From Deltaproteobacteria bacterium (GTDB taxonomy: Bacteria; Desulfobacterota; Desulfobaccia; Desulfobaccales; 0-14-0-80-60-11), in NCBI GenBank assembly GCA_021817645.1, contig JAKAGH010000001.1:1-47988 (forward strand): a stretch of 47,988 nucleotides of DNA, read 5' to 3'. Below, one piece after another: positions 41,390-47,988 of this stretch. The position numbers and the translations under genes are program-made. Below the pieces are notes generated by a model. That model ran no database searches. It had not been told where the DNA came from and saw only the letters and a list, made by a program, of their open reading frames with translations. The number at the start of each line of letters is the position of its first letter. The stretch's first letter is position 1.

Positions 41390-41974
41390 ATGTCCCAGCG
41401 TCCACTTTTAGGTTTGGTGTCCTTGGGCCCGGTTGATCCGGAGATCCTCCAACATTTGCGCCAGCCCATTGCCGATTTTCTTTCACTGACGGTACGCATA
41501 CTGCCTCCCAAGCCGCTGCCGGCGCAGGTCTATCATGTGGCCCGGGACCAGCACCATTCCACGCAGCTCCTGGAATACCTGTTGGCCGTCGACGACTACC
41601 AGGACTTTTCCCGGATTCTGGGAATAACCGCTGTGGATCTGTACATCCCCATATTTACCTTCGTTTTTGGCGAGGCCCAATTAGACGGCAAAGCCGCCAT
41701 CATTTCGACGTTTCGTCCCCGGCAGGGCCCCGCTGGCACCAGCGCACCCCATTCAATTTTTATGACCCGTCTCATCAAGTTAAGCCTCCATGAATTGGGC
41801 CATACCTTCGGCCTGCCCCATTGCCGCCAGGACGGGTGTCTCATGGGGTTTGACTCCAACCTGGAGAAATTGGACCAGAAGAACCCCAAGTACTGCGAGT
41901 ATTGCCGGATCATGCTGGACGATTACTACACCAGAAATGGTTTTGATCAACCTTTGCAAAGAGTTAAAGTCTAA
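41390..41974 (+). CDS. amzA: Archaemetzincin (peptidase M54 family)
   Basis: The signature HELGHTFGLPHCRQDGCLMGF...YCEYC corresponds to HExxHxxGxxHCxxxxCxM...CxxC. Confidence 0.85.
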   Translation: MSQRPLLGLVSLGPVDPEILQHLRQPIADFLSLTVRILPPKPLPAQVYHVARDQHHSTQLLEYLLAVDDYQDFSRILGITAVDLYIPIFTFVFGEAQLDGKAAIISTFRPRQGPAGTSAPHSIFMTRLIKLSLHELGHTFGLPHCRQDGCLMGFDSNLEKLDQKNPKYCEYCRIMLDDYYTRNGFDQPLQRVKV

Positions 41975-42023
41975 ACGCCCAGCCTGGCTGTGCCCTTATC
42001 GTTGCCCCAGGCTCCAACTTCGT

Positions 42024-43976
42024 CTACTCCGGGGTAAAGCGCACCCTCTCCCCCAGCCCCACGGTCACTAGAATCTCGTTGGTGCGCCCCACCAGCCGTT
42101 GGAGCCAGGACGAGGCGGTCTGCAGGCGGCAACCCTCCCGGCATTCCTTGAGAACCAAACCGGTGGCCCGCATTTCAAATGGAGCCAGCAGGTCTTCCTG
42201 CTGCAGCAGCTTCAGACAATCCCACCACACGGTATCCGGGGCCTGGAGTTCCTCCCGGCTGCTCACCCCCCGCAGACAGGCAAAAACCACCTCCCGGGGG
42301 CCCTGCATCAGGATTTCCGCCAACCTGGCGCGCCAGGTGGCAGGCTCCAAACGGCGGATATTGATGGCGTAGGCCGGGCACTGGGAGGCGCACCAGCCGC
42401 AGGCAATGCAGGTTTCCTCGGGAAAGACCGCATAATTTTCCATCATTGGCACCCCAAAGGGGCAACAGCGCACACAGGTGAGGCAACGGACGCACTTGCG
42501 CTCGATCAATTCCGCGCCCCGGCCGCAATGCAGGCAGCGCCGCGCCTCAATCAAGGCTTCGCTCTCCTCATAGACCAGTTCGGCGCTGTCGAAATCTTTG
42601 AGGCGCTCCGCCACCGGCCGCTCTTTCAGTGGCCGGGTGGGGACACGGTCAATGCTGGCGGCCTGTTCTTGCGGCAACCGGGAAATGGGCCGGGGGCACT
42701 CCTCAGTGACGCGCAGGTGCCCCCCGGTGCGCAGAAAATGATCGATAGCTAACGCAGCGCGGCGGCCGCTGGCCGCGGCGGCCACGGCCAGCGTCGGCCC
42801 AGTGAAGATCTCCCCGGCCAAAAAAAGCCCTCCGGCAAAGACTCCGGGCAGAGAAGTGGCCATGGTTTGCTGGTCGGCCCTGATCCTGCCCCCGGCCAGG
42901 GCCAGGTTTTCCTGCTGGGCGGCTTCCAGTTCCGCCTCCTGGCCGATGGCAAAGATCAGGGTGTCCGCGGCCAGGCGCTGGCTCCGGGACTCGTCATAGG
43001 TGGGGGCAAAGCGCCCCGCGGCATCGAAGAGGGAAGTGCAGGCCATCAAATCTATCCCGGTTACCCGTCCCCCCTCGGCCTGCACCACCTTGGGGGCCCA
43101 TTGGTAAATGAGGTCGATGACTTCGTCCTTGGCGCGTTCAGTTTCCACCGGTGAGGCGAACAACTGGTTGGGCGCTTCCAGACAGATCATCAACACCTCC
43201 GGGGCCCCCAGGCGTTTTACTGCCCGGGCCGCGTCCATGGCCACGTTGCCGCAACCGATGACCAGGACCTTCTGACCCAGCCGCGGGGCCTGCCCCTGGG
43301 CCACCTGGCGCAAAAAAGGCAACGCCAGATGCACCCCGGCTGCGTCCATGCCGGGAACCGGCAGCCCCCGGCCCTTTTGCAAGCCGATGGCCAACACCAC
43401 CGCGTGATAGCCCTGCTCTTGCAAATCCTTGAGGGAAAAATCCCGGCCCCAGGCCTGGCCGGTGCGGAATTCAGCTCCCAGGGCCTCCAATTCATGCAGA
43501 TCCTCCCAGACCACGGCCTTGGGGAGCCGGAACTTCGGCACCACTTGCATGGGCATCCCCCCCGGCTCCGACTCCCGCTCGAACAGGGTCACCGGGTAAC
43601 CCTGGAGCAGCAGGTCCCGGGCCGCGGCCAGGCCCGCGGGGCCGCTGCCCACAAGGGCCACCCGTTGGGGCCGGGTCAGGGCCGCCCGCCGGTAGCCGCG
43701 GCGGCGGAATTTCCGGGTCTGGTCCATGACAAACCGCTTCAGGGCCCGGATGGCCAGGGGGCCTTCCACATACTGCCGTCGGCAGGCGTCTTCACAGGGA
43801 TGGGCGCAGATATAGGCGCAGACTGAAGGGATGACGTTATTGGCCTTGATGACCTCCAGGGCCTCTTCATACCGTCCCTGGTAAATGAGGCCCACATAGC
43901 GCCTGGCATCGGTGCCCACCGGACAGGCGGCAGTGCATGGCGGGGGCAATGGTTCCCGGACCTGGGACTGCATCAT
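42024..43976 (-). CDS. GltD/SudA-like NAD(P)H flavin oxidoreductase fused to a 2x[4Fe-4S] ferredoxin and an MvhD/FlpD-like domain
   Basis: The N-terminal Cys cluster region is CTAACPVG...CAYICAHPCEDAC. FAD motif VALVGSGPAGLAAA and NAD(P) motif VLVIGCGNVAMDAA are present. The ferredoxin part reads CLHCG...CVRCLTCVRCCP and CIACGWCASQCP. The C-terminus VVFACLRG...LVLKECREGCRL is MvhD-like. Confidence 0.8.
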   Translation of the reverse strand: MMQSQVREPLPPPCTAACPVGTDARRYVGLIYQGRYEEALEVIKANNVIPSVCAYICAHPCEDACRRQYVEGPLAIRALKRFVMDQTRKFRRRGYRRAALTRPQRVALVGSGPAGLAAARDLLLQGYPVTLFERESEPGGMPMQVVPKFRLPKAVVWEDLHELEALGAEFRTGQAWGRDFSLKDLQEQGYHAVVLAIGLQKGRGLPVPGMDAAGVHLALPFLRQVAQGQAPRLGQKVLVIGCGNVAMDAARAVKRLGAPEVLMICLEAPNQLFASPVETERAKDEVIDLIYQWAPKVVQAEGGRVTGIDLMACTSLFDAAGRFAPTYDESRSQRLAADTLIFAIGQEAELEAAQQENLALAGGRIRADQQTMATSLPGVFAGGLFLAGEIFTGPTLAVAAAASGRRAALAIDHFLRTGGHLRVTEECPRPISRLPQEQAASIDRVPTRPLKERPVAERLKDFDSAELVYEESEALIEARRCLHCGRGAELIERKCVRCLTCVRCCPFGVPMMENYAVFPEETCIACGWCASQCPAYAINIRRLEPATWRARLAEILMQGPREVVFACLRGVSSREELQAPDTVWWDCLKLLQQEDLLAPFEMRATGLVLKECREGCRLQTASSWLQRLVGRTNEILVTVGLGERVRFTPE

Positions 43977-43991
43977 CTTTCTTCCAACTTG

Positions 43992-44018
43992 AAAAAAAAA
44001 GGGACCGGTGACGATCCC
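43992..44018 (-). terminator. Intrinsic terminator (6-bp stem plus T9) downstream of mucR, ending 15 nt before the next start codon
   Basis: The minus strand reads GGGATC-GTCACC-GGTCCC followed by TTTTTTTTT. Confidence 0.6.
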
Positions 44019-44097
44019 TTGAAAACCTCGGGACGGAGCGGGGGCATGCCTCTGCTCTCCCAGGTAATGAGCAATTAGGAAAAATTACTTCGTTGCA

Positions 44098-44544
44098 TTA
44101 AGCCGGTTTGGCGGCTTTACGTGCGCCTCTTTTGGCGCCCAGGCCTTTTTCTACCGCCAGCTTCCGGCGCTGCTCAGAATATTCCTTGCATACTAGAGGA
44201 TATTTCTTGGGATCCAGGTCGAATCTCTTAAAATATTCTTTCGGCATTAAATTGTGGGCCTTACGGATATGGGCCTTTAAAGTGCGCATCTTCTTGCCGC
44301 ACTCCAGACAAACCACGTACTTTTCTTTGACAATGTCCTTGAGGGGAATCGAGGGCTTCTTTACCCCTTCCACTTCTTTGCCCTTTGCCAGCTCGGGGCC
44401 TTCCAACAATGCCCCGCCTTCCAAAGAGGCCAAGGCATTATAGACCTCTTTAATTTCGTCCACTAACTCTGTGGAGGTGAGTTCACTCATTGATGCATGG
44501 GAGATTACAATCTGGGCTGTTAACTTTAACACTTCCGTAGCCAT
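44098..44544 (-). CDS. mucR: MucR/Ros family zinc-finger transcriptional regulator
   Basis: The N-terminus MATEVLKLTAQIVISHAS and the zinc site VVCLECGKKMRTLKAHIRKAH are present. The ATG at 44544 follows a GAGGAAG. The longer ORF-track form translates AT-rich leader sequence. Confidence 0.85.
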   Translation of the reverse strand: MATEVLKLTAQIVISHASMSELTSTELVDEIKEVYNALASLEGGALLEGPELAKGKEVEGVKKPSIPLKDIVKEKYVVCLECGKKMRTLKAHIRKAHNLMPKEYFKRFDLDPKKYPLVCKEYSEQRRKLAVEKGLGAKRGARKAAKPA

Positions 44545-44803
44545 AAAATTCTTCCTCTCTCTTTTGCTAGAATTATTTTCCGTAAATGATATAATTTTTA
44601 TTATTCTTTTTATCTTGTCAAGGTTTTTGTTTTGATTTCGTTTTTTTTTACTTAGTAAACATTCTTGAATTTGCTGCCGGTGACTCTTTTTCCCCTTGGA
44701 AGCAATCGATGTTTGCCAATAAATTTCCCCGAGATAAGTTTTGCTGGTAACAGCACCTTTCACCTGTTAATTGCCGCTGACGATCCCCCCACCTACAGAG
44801 AAA

Positions 44804-44832
44804 TTACTTTTCAGGACAATATTTGCTATCAT
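44804..44832 (+). promoter_or_regulatory. Candidate sigma-70 promoter for the DUF218 gene
   Basis: TTACTT-17 nt-TATCAT. Confidence 0.3.
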
Positions 44833-44946
44833 GGCCGCCATAAGGATTCTCCTTCAAGAAAAGAAACTTCGAGGAGCCCCAGCTAAAGAGGTGTTGGCAC
44901 CTGTTTCCTGCGCAGTCAGGATTATCAACTAACTCCGGAATAACCT

Positions 44947-45747
44947 ATGTTCTTGCTCAAAAAAATTGTGGCGCCGTTTTTGTACCCCCTACCGCTGTGC
45001 CTCTGGATATTGCTCTTGGGTCTGGTTATCCTCTGGGGCACCCGGAGGCAGCGCCTGGGAAAGGCCCTGGTGACCTTGGGAACCGTTCTGCTCTTCCTGT
45101 TGAGTTCTTATTTTTTCACTTCCCAGCTGACGCAGCCGTTGGAGCAACAGTATCCACCCCTCCTCCAGACCCAGGCCTTGTCACGTGAGGGGAGCGGGGG
45201 TGATCCCTCTCCCGCCTGGATTGTGGTTTTGGGGGGAGGAGCTGTTTCGGACCCGTCTCTGCCAGCCAACAGCCAACTCAACCGGATATCTCTAAGCCGG
45301 GTAGTGGAAGGGGTGCGCCTCTACCATTCTCTTCCGGGCCGCAAACTGCTGCTATCCGGCGGCGCGGTCTTTAATACCGAGCCTGAGGCCAAGATCATGG
45401 GCCAGGTGGCCCGGCTTCTGGGAGTCAACGCCGCTGATATCCTGTTGGAACCGGACTCCCGGGACACTGGGGAGCAGGCCGAGTTTATTGCCAGGATGCT
45501 GGGCCGCAAGACGGTCATCCTGGTTACTTCCGCGGTCCATCTGCCGCGCGCCATGCGCCTTTTTGAGAACCGGGGGCTGCGCCCCATTCCGGCGCCCACC
45601 GCTTATGAATCTCTGCAGCCGGCGCAGTTCTGTCCTGCCATGTTCTTCCCCAACCCCGCATCGCTTACCAGGGCCGAAAGCGCCATCCATGAGTATCTGG
45701 GCCTCACCTGGATCTGGCTGCGCCGGACACTGCCGGGAGGTGGTTGA
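44947..45747 (+). CDS. DUF218 (ElyC/YdcF/SanA family) membrane-associated protein
   Basis: It has N-terminal TMs, WIVVLGGG, and ILVTSAVHLPRAMRLF. Confidence 0.8.
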   Translation: MFLLKKIVAPFLYPLPLCLWILLLGLVILWGTRRQRLGKALVTLGTVLLFLLSSYFFTSQLTQPLEQQYPPLLQTQALSREGSGGDPSPAWIVVLGGGAVSDPSLPANSQLNRISLSRVVEGVRLYHSLPGRKLLLSGGAVFNTEPEAKIMGQVARLLGVNAADILLEPDSRDTGEQAEFIARMLGRKTVILVTSAVHLPRAMRLFENRGLRPIPAPTAYESLQPAQFCPAMFFPNPASLTRAESAIHEYLGLTWIWLRRTLPGGG

Positions 45748-45800
45748 CAGCGGCGGCAGGCGAACTTATTTAATGAACAATAACCACCGGAGGCAAGACC

Positions 45801-45980
45801 ATGATTCTGAAAGAAATTAAAGACAAAGCGAAGGATCTGGGGGTGAGGAATTACTCGAAATTGGCCAAACCCGATTTGATCCGGGCCATCCAGGAAAAAG
45901 AAGGGAACGCCCCCTGCTTTCAGAGCATTTATGATTGCTGGCAATTCGATTGTTTGTGGCGGCCTGACTGCCAGGGCTAA
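45801..45980 (+). CDS. Small Rho_N/SAP-like protein with a Cys-rich tail (59 aa)
   Basis: My own translation is MILKEIKDKAKDLGVRNYSKLAKPDLIRAIQEKEGNAPCFQSIYDCWQFDCLWRPDCQG. A GGAGG lies 8 nt upstream. It falls below the 60-aa ORF-track cutoff. Confidence 0.6.
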   Translation: MILKEIKDKAKDLGVRNYSKLAKPDLIRAIQEKEGNAPCFQSIYDCWQFDCLWRPDCQG

Positions 45981-46134
45981 AGGTCCGCGGTTGCCGGTTG
46001 CTCCTTGAGTGGTTTAATGTCCTCAGGCTGAAACTAGGCTTGCAGGAGACCGCTGCTTCCCCCTGAAATAGTCAGGTACCAGACAGCCAGGGCAATCTGC
46101 CAGCAGCCGTGAATGCCGCGAGCCTCCGGCGTTA

Positions 46135-46542
46135 CTAGCGCACGGCGACTTCTAGGGTATAGTCTGCTTTGGCCCCCTCTTTTCTGGCGCCGGCCCGCAG
46201 CATCAGCACCCTGATCACATAATCGCCGGTCTCCTGAAGAACCCCTGACCATTCTTTTTCCTCTGGCGTCAGATTCTCCAAGCTTTCTCCCTTTTTTATA
46301 AATATGACCGCATAGGTGTAAATATTTTGGCTTTGCAGATGTATGGTCAGACGTTGTCCGGCTCGGGCTTGCAAAAGGTAATCTTTCACGTCATAGCCCC
46401 TGATCCTCCCCTGGCGGGTGGCCGCACCCTGACCTTGGGGGAAGGACAGGCGTTCCCTTTGATTTTCAGCCCCAACCCAGGCGGGGATAAGTGCCAGCGA
46501 GATCACTAGCAAGCAGGCAACGCGGACTTTTCTGTGCGCCAT
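46135..46542 (-). CDS. Small secreted hypothetical protein
   Basis: The ATG at 46542 follows a GGAGG. The signal peptide is MAHRKVRVACLLVISLALIPAWVGA. It lies 41 nt downstream of the POT transporter gene on the same strand. Confidence 0.55.
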   Translation of the reverse strand: MAHRKVRVACLLVISLALIPAWVGAENQRERLSFPQGQGAATRQGRIRGYDVKDYLLQARAGQRLTIHLQSQNIYTYAVIFIKKGESLENLTPEEKEWSGVLQETGDYVIRVLMLRAGARKEGAKADYTLEVAVR

Positions 46543-46583
46543 GGAACCTCCGGGTGACATGTGGTTAGGCGTTTCCCTCGCCT

Positions 46584-47988
46584 CTAGGCATTGATATCCT
46601 GCCACTTCCTGGCAAAGTGATTAAACACGAACAGAGCCACCGCGGCCAAAAGACCGGCAATGGCAAAAGGCATCCAGACGCGGCTGGGATCATACTTCTC
46701 CCAGAGGAGCTGCGTCACCGCCGCAGGGCTCTGGCCCATGATCTCGGTAAGCCTGGTAAACGCCTGGGTGCGCGGCGGCAGCTCTTGCACCTGCAGCACC
46801 TCGGACAGGTAGCGCAGGGCCAGTCCGGCCTTTTCCCCGGCGCGTTCGTAGATCTGCCCGCCGATAAAGGAACCGTAACCCCAGCCCAGGGCTATGGGAA
46901 TATTGGCGTAGCCCATATAAAGCGCCTTCTTATCCGCCGGCGCAATCACCCCCAGGTACTCATTCATCTTCGGGGAACACAGCATTTCCCCCACCGAGAA
47001 GCAGGCGATGCCGGCCAGGCAGATATAAATGGACCGGCTCGAACCCGCGGCATAAACCCCCAGCCCGGCGATGACAAAGCCCCAGAACATGGAAGTGAGC
47101 CGCCGCATCTTTTTATTGACCAACCAAGACAGGGGCGCCACGAAGAGGATGATCAAAAAGGGATTGAAATTGATCACCCACTCCTGGGCGATCTGGGGGC
47201 CCCGGGTGAGATCATGGGACAACATGAACCCCGGCAGATGCTGCGCCAGGGAGGAACTGTCCACCCAGTCGACGATGAAATTGGGCAGCATGTCCCAGAG
47301 CTGCATGAGCACGGCCCAGAAGATCGAGGCGATCAACATAAAAGCCAGGAGCCGCCCGTTCATGAGGTGGCGGGCCGTGGTGGCCACCACGTGCCAGACG
47401 TTGGTGGTGCGGTCGGCCCCGGAATCCACCCGGCGGTAGGAGAGAAGCCACAGCAGGTTGAAGCTGACCAAAACCGCACAACCATAGAAAACCGCGGGCC
47501 AGGAATAGCCGCAAAGAAAATGCGCCAGCGGCGGGCCCAGAAAACCGCCGACATTGACCACCATATAGAAAATCCCCCAGCCCACGCCGGAGGTCTCGGT
47601 AGTCAGCGTTTTGACAAAGGTCCCCTGAATGGGGGGCTTGAAGATGGCCGTGCCTGCGGCCAGCAGCAGGCAGCCGTAGAAAAACGGCCAAAACTCGCGC
47701 TGGGTGGCCATCAGCACGTAGCCCAGTGACTTCAAGAAGACTGCAACCACGACCTGCCGCTTATAACCGTAGCGATCCGCGAAGCCGCCGGTGAAGACCG
47801 GCAGGGCCGACTGCACCACGGCCCACCACAGGAAGATGAAACCCTTGTCGCCCTGGGTGAAGTGGAGGCCGCCGATCTCGTCCGCCTGGGCGATATAAAT
47901 GGGGATGACCACGCGCACGCCGTAGTAGGCCAGGCGTTCGATCATCTCCATGATGTTCGCAGCCCAGAACGGCCAGGTCAGGCCCCGG
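46584..47988 (-). CDS. POT/PTR2-family MFS peptide transporter; the 5' end runs off the right edge
   Basis: The POT signature E-x2-ER-x-YYG appears as IMEMIERLAYYG near the N-terminus. The frame stays open upstream of the track's ATG to position 47988 (..RGLTWPFWAANI..). The protein is polytopic. Confidence 0.8.
   Translation of the reverse strand, partial: RGLTWPFWAANIMEMIERLAYYGVRVVIPIYIAQADEIGGLHFTQGDKGFIFLWWAVVQSALPVFTGGFADRYGYKRQVVVAVFLKSLGYVLMATQREFWPFFYGCLLLAAGTAIFKPPIQGTFVKTLTTETSGVGWGIFYMVVNVGGFLGPPLAHFLCGYSWPAVFYGCAVLVSFNLLWLLSYRRVDSGADRTTNVWHVVATTARHLMNGRLLAFMLIASIFWAVLMQLWDMLPNFIVDWVDSSSLAQHLPGFMLSHDLTRGPQIAQEWVINFNPFLIILFVAPLSWLVNKKMRRLTSMFWGFVIAGLGVYAAGSSRSIYICLAGIACFSVGEMLCSPKMNEYLGVIAPADKKALYMGYANIPIALGWGYGSFIGGQIYERAGEKAGLALRYLSEVLQVQELPPRTQAFTRLTEIMGQSPAAVTQLLWEKYDPSRVWMPFAIAGLLAAVALFVFNHFARKWQDINA

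Noticed and set aside
44545-44763. N-terminal extension of the MucR ORF (Lys/Asn-rich)
   Set aside because: It translates the AT-rich leader. MucR-family proteins begin at the MATEVLKLTAQIV-type N-terminus, which here has its own RBS.
44895-44911. TGGCAC hexamer upstream of the DUF218 gene as a second sigma-54 promoter
   Set aside because: The element 10 nt after the GG is CT, not GC (TGGCAC-CTGTT-TCCT), so the -12 box is missing.
46617-47729. 370-aa plus-strand ORF antisense to the POT transporter
   Set aside because: It is a shadow ORF, rich in Gly/His/Arg/Gln, with no TM segments or motifs. The opposite strand encodes a coherent MFS protein.

Overview
GC-rich bacterial chromosomal segment. 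Gene content and repeat style suggest an anaerobic Desulfobacterota/Thermodesulfobacteriota-like organism, but that is inference only. No rRNA, tRNA, CRISPR array, transposase or integrase was recognised. Layout: (1) 1-752, minus strand: a yebC-family fragment and rlmE. (2) 0.84-12.5 kb, plus strand: a flagellar export-apparatus operon, fliL-fliM-fliN-fliO-fliP-fliQ-fliR-flhB-flhA-flhF-flhG-fliA. It is preceded by a textbook sigma-54 promoter and an upstream palindrome, and followed by three tightly packed accessory genes: a secreted FliL-like paralog, a 72-aa acidic/Pro-rich protein and a DUF2802-like membrane/HTH protein. (3) 12.6-13.9 kb, minus strand: a visibly AT-rich pair of hemerythrin paralogs, one fused in frame to an N-terminal J domain. 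(4) 14.3-17.9 kb: adenine deaminase, a HepT/MntA toxin-antitoxin pair and an ornithine-cyclodeaminase/mu-crystallin family enzyme. (5) 18.0-41.2 kb: a mosaic, all-plus-strand surface-glycan locus. It holds a Wzy_C-like protein, GT2, AsnB-like 1, GNAT, two radical SAM/SPASM paralogs, WbqC-like, a 4,6-dehydratase, Wzx, an AT-rich GT-C protein, a DegT aminotransferase, a GT-B-like protein, GT4, AsnB-like 2, GT4, a WecA-like initiating transferase with an extra C-terminal domain, an unassigned polytopic membrane protein and a membrane-anchored SGNH hydrolase. Two families of dispersed intergenic repeats and short heptamer tandem repeats punctuate the first 13 kb of this locus. (6) 41.4-48.0 kb: archaemetzincin, a GltD-like/ferredoxin/MvhD-like fusion oxidoreductase, a MucR/Ros regulator, a DUF218 protein, a 59-aa Rho_N-like Cys-rich protein missed by the ORF track, a small secreted protein and a POT-family transporter running off the right edge. 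The best candidates for undescribed biology are the J-domain-hemerythrin fusion with its paralog, the GNAT plus twin radical SAM/SPASM unit inside the glycan locus, the fliA-coupled three-gene tail, and the two-module intergenic repeat system. All functional calls rest on motif recognition by eye. No database search was run.
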